A stretch of 64,000 nt of DNA. It comes from Blastocladiella emersonii ATCC 22665. Its lineage: Eukaryota > Fungi > Blastocladiomycota. Shown piece after piece: positions 56,163-64,000 of this stretch. Under the pieces are notes generated by a model. That model saw only the letters and a list, made by a program, of their open reading frames with translations. It ran no database searches and was not told where the DNA came from. The stretch lies in the NCBI GenBank assembly GCA_025594325.1, contig JANHCV010000011.1, positions 558,001-622,000 of the forward strand, written 5' to 3'. The position numbers were made by a program, and so were the translations under genes. The stretch's first letter is position 1. Each line of letters opens with the position of its first letter.

Positions 56163-58730
56163 TCACTCCCGCTCCTCGATCGCGAACCCGAGCTGCTCGA
56201 TCGCGTACTTGGCCGCGTTCCGCTTGGCCTGCTTCTTGCTGGACGCGCCCGTGATGTCGGGGTTGTTGAACGACTGGTGCGTGAGCTCGACGGCGAAGGC
56301 GAACCGCGGGACGGTTGGCAGCGTGAGCGACTCGACGTACTTGGCGGGCAGGTGGCCGGCCTGCGCGAGCCGCATGTTGAGAGCCGAGACGTAGTCGCCC
56401 TTGACCACGACGATGGTCCTGTTGCTGGCGGGCGGCGCGGAGCCGGATCCGGGTCTGGGTGCACTGGCCGGCGGCGCGACGGATGCAGCAGCCGCGCCGG
56501 CGGCGGGAGCAGATGCCGCGGCACCGGGACCGTACGGCTGCTGCTGCATGGCCTGCTCCTGCTGTTGCTGCTGGCGGAGCTGGAGCTTAGCGAGGATCGA
56601 CATGGAACCGGTCGCGGGCGCGCTCGGTGCGGGCGCGGGTGGAAGGACGGGTGCGCCATAGTTGCCCGAGTAGTCGGCCGCGACGCGCGCGGGTGTCGGC
56701 GGGGCGGAGGCTTGCGGTACCACGGCGGGGGCAAAAAGATGTGGCATTGCGACAGCGGGCGCGGGTGCGGGCGGAGCGGTGCCGTTGGTCGGCGCAGGGC
56801 CGAACGGGTCATCCACAGGCGCGCCGGACCCGTTGGCGGGCGAGAACCCGGCGGCAGCGGCTCCGTTCCCGTTCCCGTTGAGCGGGGCGATATGCGAGGT
56901 CGCGACCGAAATGGACGACCCGCGGCGGAGCGCGCCGATGCTGGAGCTGTCATTGTCGCTGCTCCCGCTGCCGCCGAACACAGACCCGTTGCCGCCAAAG
57001 ACCGAGTCGAACTCGCTCGCGGCGGGCATGGGCGGCTCGCCCGTGAGGTGGACGACGTCGCGCGGGTCGCGGGCGAGGTGCATGGTGCGGAACAGCTGCG
57101 GCGAGGGGCGAACGAGGCCGAGCTCGAGCATGGCGACGCGCGCGACCTCCTCGCGGGCGGTGCTCTTGCGCACGTACGCGGCGGGCGAGTGGAACTCAAT
57201 GGGATCGGCGTCGGGCGCAGGCACGAGCTTCATCGAGGCGCGGAACATGACGTTGTTGGCGGCGTTGGTGACGTCGACCGAGTGCTCGCGGAACTCGGGC
57301 ATGGGCAGAGCGCGCTTGGAGCAGTACTCGGTCAGGAACGAGATGGGGTTGATGTCGGCGGCGAGGACGACCGGGTGCTTGTCGACAATGCACTTGAGCT
57401 TGCCCTCGACCACGTCGACGGTCGGGAGCGCCGGCAGCTGCATGGACGCGCCGGGGAGGTCGGCGGGGCGGATGGGCGGGAGCGTCGTGTAGCGCAGGCG
57501 CGGGTAGTCGCGCGCGACCTCGAGCAGGCGCCCGAAGCACTCGGCGTCCTTGCGGTAGGCGATGCCGTACTCGGGGTGCACGGGCAGCGGAGCGTCGCGC
57601 GGCGGGGAGGAGCCGGCGTCCAGCATGCCCGTGACGAGCGAGTTCGAAGCGGTGAAGGCGATCTGCACGGGGACGAGGGCGCGCATGCTGACGAGGTAGA
57701 GGACAATGAGGCCGAGCGGGACCTTGAAGGCGTCGGGCTTGAGGCGGAGCTGGTGGGCGAGGGAGCGCGTGTACAGGACCTCGTCCTCAGGGATGTAGGA
57801 GAGGACGTGGATGTTCGCTAGACGATGGATCAATGGGGGTTAGCGCGCGAAACTTACGCGACGATGGCTCCCTCGCGTACCGTGGAAGGTGTCCTGGAGG
57901 ACCTTGCGGTCGGCCTCGGACATGGCCTCGGTCATGGCGTACAGCACGTCGTCGTACTCTTCGTAGCAGCGGTAGGTGAAGCGGCCCGAGGCGAGGTAGT
58001 CCTTGAGCGCGTAGCGCAGCTGGACGCCGATGAAGATGAGCTCGACGTCAGCCGCGACGCGCTTGATAACGGCGCGAATGTACTGCTCCATGTTCGTGTA
58101 CTCGTTCTGTTCATCGGTGTTTGGGAGAAGCGTCAGTGGCTGGTCAATGATCCGCCGCGGGAGAGGGTGAATGCGCACCAGGTCGCGCACGACGAACAGG
58201 CGCTGCGGCGAGTGCGGATCGACCTCGGCGGGGGTGCGCGCGAGGCACGGCGACGGGAACACGCGCTGGCCGTAGTCGACGGTGATGTCGGCGGTGAGGT
58301 TCCGCTCGTCAAAGACGACGAGGCACGTGTCCTCGGGCACGACGCCGGCCTTGAAGTGGTAGAGCCCGTCGACCTGGTGGGCCTGGCGGATGAAGACGAC
58401 GCGGCGCAGCGGCCACGCCTTGGCGGGCGGCAGCTGGGCGGGGAACTTTGGGCTGGGCGGGCGGACCAGAGTCGCGGGCGGTTGCGGCGTAGCGGATGCA
58501 ACGGACTGGGACGCGCGCTTGGCGGCGGCCGCGTCATAGGCGTGCGCCCTCGGTCGCAGCTCGGGCGTCGGCGCGGACCAGTCGACGGCCATGCCGCCGT
58601 ACGCATAGCCAGTGGAGGAGCCACCGGGACCGGCGCGCACGGGCGTGACGGCGCTCGACGCGGCGGCGACCGAGGCGGTCAGCTCGATGTCGTCGAAGAT
58701 GCGCGACAGCGCGTCGGCGCCAGCATTCAT
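56163..58730 (-). CDS. Double-stranded-RNA-binding protein with two dsRBDs and a putative degenerate RNase III-like domain; introns 58178-58107, 57880-57818
   Basis: dsRBD1: NPISFLTEYCSK...FRASMKL...RKSTAREEVARVAMLEL. dsRBD2: DYVSALNMRL...FAFAVEL...GASSKKQAKRNAAKYAIEQL. The dsRBD call is strong; the RNase III-like call is an inference. Confidence 0.8.
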
Positions 58731-58903
58731 GGCTTGGTGGTTCGCGGTGATGGATGCAAGGCGGGGAGAGGGAGAGAGAGCGGGTACGAAGTCGGCGGGT
58801 CCGTGTCCAAGGCCGGCCATCGGCTCACGTGCGGCTGCAGCTCGCGCGACGCCGCGGATATGAATCTTCGCATGGAATCGATCGCACTGTAACCTGCTGC
58901 AAC

Positions 58904-61900
58904 ATGGCCAGCTTCCCGACCTTCAGCTTTGCCGCGGCCGGGGCTCCGAAGCCGTCGCCGGCCGGCGGCGCGCCGCTCGCCCAGTACCTCTCGTCCGACT
59001 CGGAGGGCGAGGCGCGCGGCCGTGGATCATCCTCGTCTTCTCGGCGGCAGCTCGCCATCAAGGACTCGGAGAGACCGTCGCGCAAGGAGAAGAAGCACAA
59101 GAAGAGCCACAAACACGACAAGGACCGCCCGTCGTCGCGGCGGGACCGGTCCAGGTCGCGATCACGGTCAAAGGACCGCTCCCGGCGCCGTGCTGACCGG
59201 AGTCCCGACGCCCGTGAGTCGAAGAGAAGGAGGAAAGAGGACCGCGATCATCGAGAGCATCGCGTCGCCCGCGTTGACGCACGGAATGGCGGCAGCAGCG
59301 CCCACCACTCATCACCATCCTCGCTCGCCCGCCACGACGCTGCTTCCTCGCGACGAGACCATGATGAGCGCGAACGGGCCAAGGTACTCGATTCCGTCAC
59401 GCCGAACACTTCCACTTCCCTGCTCACACCCGTTCTTCGCGCCTCTAGGAGCACGCGTTCCTCGCCGAGTGCGCCAAGCTCTTCTCCATTGACCGCCACC
59501 GCGATCTCGCCAACCTCTGCGCCACTGGACTCAGCCCCTACCAGACGCCGCGATATCGCCGCAGTACACGTACGCTCACGCCGTCAACCTGGCTCACACG
59601 TAGCCGAAACTCACCATCCGTCTGCATCGTTTAGGTCGTGTACTGGGTCTCCCGGGAACCGTGTTTGTCGAAAACTGGGACGGCAAGCCCACCAGCAAGG
59701 GCTTGTCGCTCATCGTGCCCGGGCTTAGGCCAGCCACGAAGGACCCGCCGCTGCGCTTCTTCGCCAAGGGCGTCCTGCCCAAGGAAACCACGCTGCTGCG
59801 ACCCGTGACGGCTGCCGAGGCCGCCTCGGGCCAGCGCGCGCTCAAGAGCGACTTTATCGCCTTCCGCGCATCTGACTCGGAGCCCGAGTCCGACGACAAC
59901 GGCGACCCCGCCGATCCCGCCCGGGACCGCCTCGCCGTCGAGCTCGACGCGCACCGCGAGCGCGTCAAGGAGTTCAACCAGCGCCTGCACCACGACCCGC
60001 ACAACGTGGCCCTGTGGCGCGAGTTCATCGACTTCCAGCGCACCGAGTACCGCCAACCCGCGCAGCTCGCCGACCGCCAGCTCGCCCTGTACGAGCGCGC
60101 GCTCGACGCCAACCCGGACGCGCCCGACCTGCGCCGCGCTTACCTGCAGTGCGGCGCGCGCGTGTGGCCGTCCGACCGTGTTTCCGACGAGTATCGAAAC
60201 GCCGTGCTCCGGTTCCCGCACCACGCGCCGCTCGTCCTCGACGCGCTCGCGCAGGGCCAGGGACAGCGCACCGTGTCCGACTCGCTCGCCGCGTACGCCC
60301 GCGTGATCGACGCGCTCACGCCCGTCACGGTCGCGCCCGACGGCCCGCCGACCGACGAGGCGGTGCAGGCCGACACGGTCCGCGTCCAGGTGTGGCTGCG
60401 CACGGTACGGCTCCTTCTCGAGGCCGGGTTCACGGAGCGCGCCGTGGCGCTCGTCCAGGCGCAGGCCGAGGCCACCTACTTTGCGCCCAACTCGGCACCC
60501 GCGCGGTGGGACCGTCTGCTCGACCAGCTCGCCGATTTCTGGGACGCGGAGCTGCCGCGCGTCGGCGACCCGGGCGCCAAGGGCTGGGCCCGCGCCGAGT
60601 GGCAACAGGCGCCGCTCGTCGTGACCGAGATCCCGCTGCCGCCGAATTCTTCTCACGAGATGTCGGACCCGCTCGTGCAGTGGCTCGCCGACGAAGCCGA
60701 TCAGGCGTCGCGCGACGGTGTCCCGCTCCGGTCCACGGACCCGGTCTTCGACCTCGACGGCGTGGTCCTGTTCGGCGACGTGGCGCCGTACCTCATCAAC
60801 GTCCAGACGGCCGCGGGCCGGCGGCTGCTGCTCATTGCGATCCTCAACACGCTCGGGTGCGACGTTGCGGAACTGCCGTTTGCCGCCGACGACCCGATGC
60901 TGGCTGTGCGGGAACGCGCGGCGGCCGACCTCGAGCTCATGTTCGACGGGACCCGGCCCAACGTCGCCGGGGCCGTTGTCCATCTCGATGATGATGAGGA
61001 GGATGCGGCGGACGACGTGCGCGGGTTCTGCACCGTCGACGAGCTGCGGTGGTCGTCGTGGACGCTTCCCGTGCACCGACGCAATGCGGGGCCGCAGGTG
61101 GTCTCGTTCACGGACCGCATATTGTCCGAGCTGGTGCCCGTCGATCCCGCGGCCGTGGTCCCCGCGCTGCTCGCGTTCCGCCGGGCTCATGCGGTTGACG
61201 GGCCGGTTCCCGCCGGCCACGCACACGCCCGCACGCTGTTCGGCTCAACCTCAACTGACGACCTCGTGCACACGGCCAACGAGCACGGATCGGCGACCCC
61301 GCTGCTCGCTGTCGCCGCCATCGAATCACTCTGGCTCGCGGGCGACATCGACCGCGCGCTCGACCTGTACCGCCACGTCGCCTCGGCCGGCGAGCCGCTC
61401 GAGTCCCGCGCCGCCGCTGTCGCGCACGTTCAGCTCCCCGCACACCCGACGCGCCTCGACCTTGCCACGGCGCTCGCCCCGCTGACGCTGCTCGCGCTGC
61501 ACCGCGTCCTGACCGGGCGCGCGGCCACGGCGAGTCCCGAGTGGCTCCTCGCGGCGGGCGGCGGACTCGCCGCGTCGCACCTGCTCGGGCGCGCGGCGCT
61601 CCTCGACCTCGCGCGGATCCATGCGCTGCACCTCTTCGTAACCCCGGCGCGCCGGCTCCTGGACCTGCGCGCGGCCGCGTCCGCCGCCGTCGCCGCGGCC
61701 CCGGGCAGCCAGCGCGCGTGGCGGCTCCTCGCGCACGCCGAGCACCGCACGCGGATGCACGGGCGGTTCGACGCGGCGAGGCGGCAGCTCGGCGATAGTA
61801 GTCTCGCGGCGGCGTGGACGGCGGTCGAGTTCGAGCTCGCGCGCGGGCGCACACACGGCGGCGGCGGCGGCGGCGGGTACTCGGTCGGCCGGCTCCGCGC

Positions 61901-62345
61901 GCTGCTTGGGCAGGCGACGGGCGCGGGCGCCTCGGCTGCGGTCGCGTGGTGGCAGGTATGGCTGCGGGTCGAGTGTGCGGCGCTCGCGGCGACGCCCCCG
62001 AAACAGAAGCGTGCGGTCGCGGCGGCGGCGAACCGGGTGCGCACCGTGGCGCTGCGCGCGGTCGCGGCGTGCCCGTGGGCGCGCGCCGTGTACGTCGCGG
62101 CGGTCAAGGCGGCGGTTGAGGTGGCGTGCCCCGTGATCCCGGTGCACGAGGCGGTCGCGCTGGTCACGGCCATGGGCGAGCGCGGGGTGCGGGTGCGCGC
62201 GGCCGTGGATCTCGGCGACGACGAGGAGGAGGCGGCGGCGGAGGCGGTCGGCGGGCTCGTGCCAGGCGCGCTCGTGCCGCGGTACAAGACGGTAGCGGCG
62301 GACGAGCTCGAAGCCGAGGTGGACGCGGTCATGGCCGAGCTTTGA
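58904..62345 (+). CDS. NRDE2: NRDE-2/Nrl1-like nuclear RNA-silencing/splicing-associated HAT-repeat protein; introns 59384-59448 and about 59566/59570-59634
   Basis: MASFPTFSF start, KKHKK/RS-rich tract, FSIDRHRDLANL...YRR, EFNQRLHHDPHNVALWREFIDFQ, LALYERALDANP, EAGFTERAVALVQAQAE, FWDAELPRVGDPGAKGW and VVLFGDVAPYL. Confidence 0.88.
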
Positions 62346-62494
62346 AAGACGGTGTGGGTGAGCAACGAATGAGTTTGGCAAGTGTATTATTGAGCACAGC
62401 GGATCACATCGTCTAGGAGGAGAGGGAGGGAGATAGACACGACATGAGCGAGAGGAGGAGGCAGGTATCCGCGACACGACACGGTACGCCACGA

Positions 62495-63013
62495 CTACTG
62501 GTGGCCGGCGGGCCGCTGGTCGACCGAGGGCGAGGTGCCTTGCTTGCCCTCGACGAAGCGGCAGAAGTGCGGGAAGGACGAGAGGCGCATGAGCTCAAGC
62601 GTCTTGGCCTCGGCGGGGGCGAAGACGGCGGGGTCCGTGACGCCCTTCTGCTGCACGTCCTCGAGCAGCTTCTTGCGGATCACGTTGGGGCAGTTGACCT
62701 CCTTGGGGGCGCCGGGGATGACGAAGGTCTGGATGATCTGCAGAATGGCGTTCTTGGCGTCGGCCGAGTCGGGCGCGTAGGCGGCGGTGCGGTACGACTT
62801 GACGGCGTCGAGGAACTCGAGGTTCTCCTCCGAGTGCTCGCGCGTGCGCAGGAACTCCTCGAAGGCGGCCAGCGTGTAGGGCGGCTCGAGCTCGTTGGCG
62901 AGCAGCGCCAGGAAGTTGCGCGCCTTGTCGCCCGACAGCTTGGACGACAGGGTCGGCGTCGACGACGACGACGTGGCGGCGGGCGCGGCGGCAGCGGGGG
63001 CGGGGGTGGCCAT
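62495..63013 (-). CDS. Small stand-alone RGS (regulator of G-protein signalling) domain protein
   Basis: AFEEFLRTREHSEENLEFLDAVKSY, IIQTFVIPGAPKEVN and VFAPAEAKTLELMRLSSFPHF. Upstream exons cannot be excluded. Confidence 0.88.
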   Translation of the reverse strand: MATPAPAAAAPAATSSSSTPTLSSKLSGDKARNFLALLANELEPPYTLAAFEEFLRTREHSEENLEFLDAVKSYRTAAYAPDSADAKNAILQIIQTFVIPGAPKEVNCPNVIRKKLLEDVQQKGVTDPAVFAPAEAKTLELMRLSSFPHFCRFVEGKQGTSPSVDQRPAGHQ

Positions 63014-63741
63014 GGCGAGGACAGAGAGGTCGGTGGTGCGTGACTGGACGAGCAGGAGGGCGGGCGCGAGCGCGGCAGCAAACGTCGATGCGTCGAGTGG
63101 GTGGTGGTGGTGCAAGGTGGCCGCGGGGGCGGATCCAGAGGGCAGAGTCGCGGCAGATGCAGGTGGCAGCGATGGCCGAGATGAAGAGGCGGCGAAGAAG
63201 GAGGGCCACGACGGCGCGCGGCGGCGGCGGCGCGGTGGCGGGCGCGTGTCGGTTTGGGTGGGAGACACGCGGAGCGATATCAGGTTCGTGATCCGCGAAC
63301 GAATCGGGCGGGCCGCCTTGTCCGCCTCCGCCTGTGCTGCTGCTGGGGAAGTCGCCCGCCAGCTGCCGGTCGGCCAGAGCCCGCCAAGCATCCACGGGGC
63401 GCGCGCGGGGGGATGGATGCACAAGGGGAGACGTCACGCGCGCGTGGGGCGGCCGTGTCTCCGAAGGCGGTTCGGGATGCGGGAAGGTGGGAAGCTGGCG
63501 GGAAGGCGGGAGACGGCCCCGCGGCGGCGACCGACCGAGCGGCCCGCCCTGTGGCGCACCGCGAACCGAACAAAGGCACGTGCCGTGTCTCGCATCACGT
63601 GCGCGCGGCGCGTCTCGCAGCTCGGCGCGTGGCGGACCGTCAGGTGCGCGCCTCGCGTGTGGCTCGGCCGTCGGTTGGTCCATCATTTCCCCATCAGCAC
63701 ATGCACCACTGCTCGGGTTGCACTCGCTGAAGGGCCAGGAC

Positions 63742-63747
63742 TATAAA
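63742..63747 (+). promoter_or_regulatory. Candidate TATA box
   Basis: TATAAA about 58 nt upstream of the ATG at 63806, in a genome where such AT hexamers are rare. Confidence 0.4.
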
Positions 63748-63805
63748 TTCCGCGGGCCCTCCAGCTTAGGACCTGGACACTAGCGAACTTTGCAACGCAT
63801 CAACC

Positions 63806-64000
63806 ATGGGCCGCACTCAGACCACCTCTCAGCAGAAGAAGCTCGCCTCGCAGGCCTCGGCCACCACGCAGCAGTACAATGCTAAGTCGGCGGTGCAGGC
63901 GACCTCTCGCCCGGCTTCCGCGACGACCAAGGCTGCGGTCGCGAACGCTCGCCCCGCCTCGCCCGTCCAGACGCAGGCTGCGGCTACCCGCCCTGCTTCA
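63806..64000 (+). CDS. 5' part of an Ala/Thr/Gln-rich protein running off the window end
   Basis: CAACCATGG start context and open frame MGRTQTTSQQKKLASQASATTQQYNAK... to the window edge. Confidence 0.6.
   Translation, partial: MGRTQTTSQQKKLASQASATTQQYNAKSAVQATSRPASATTKAAVANARPASPVQTQAAATRPAS

Noticed and set aside
55905-57821. 638-aa plus-strand ORF
   Set aside because: Mostly antisense to the dsRBD gene. Its first ~60 codons could be a terminal exon of the 54032 gene, but I could not build a convincing splice.
63014-63424. N-terminal extension of the RGS ORF to 63424
   Set aside because: Low-complexity translation of UTR-like sequence; the ATG at 63013 has better context (GCCATGG).

Overview
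This is gene-dense, GC-rich (about 65-70% in most coding lines) eukaryotic DNA with short, mostly 57-91 nt GT-AG introns (donors GTACGC/GTGCGC, branch points CTGAC/CTAAC). It is most consistent with an early-diverging, probably zoosporic, fungus (Blastocladiomycota-like; inference). About 28 protein genes could be reconstructed by hand-splicing. Housekeeping genes include RPB6, Csm3/Swi3, FAM32A-like, a mitochondrial DEAD-box-like helicase, SERF, COQ8, bifunctional AASS, a PAQR receptor, medium-chain acyl-CoA dehydrogenase, Stm1-like, Sen1, a TEY MAPK, alkaline phosphatase, NRDE-2 and a stand-alone RGS. There are also two tandem triplets of uncharacterised membrane proteins. The most notable observations are: (1) a degenerate RNase III-like + 2x dsRBD gene (R3B2-like architecture) head-to-head with NRDE-2, 173 bp apart, a candidate RNA-silencing gene pair; (2) an intron-containing vWA-domain gene resembling the baculovirus/large-DNA-virus P94 family; (3) a 558-nt Stm1 intron bracketed by a long inverted repeat that would restore an effective length near the genome norm; and (4) a low-GC segment inside one tandem family. 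Family assignments come from motif recognition only; no database searches were run.
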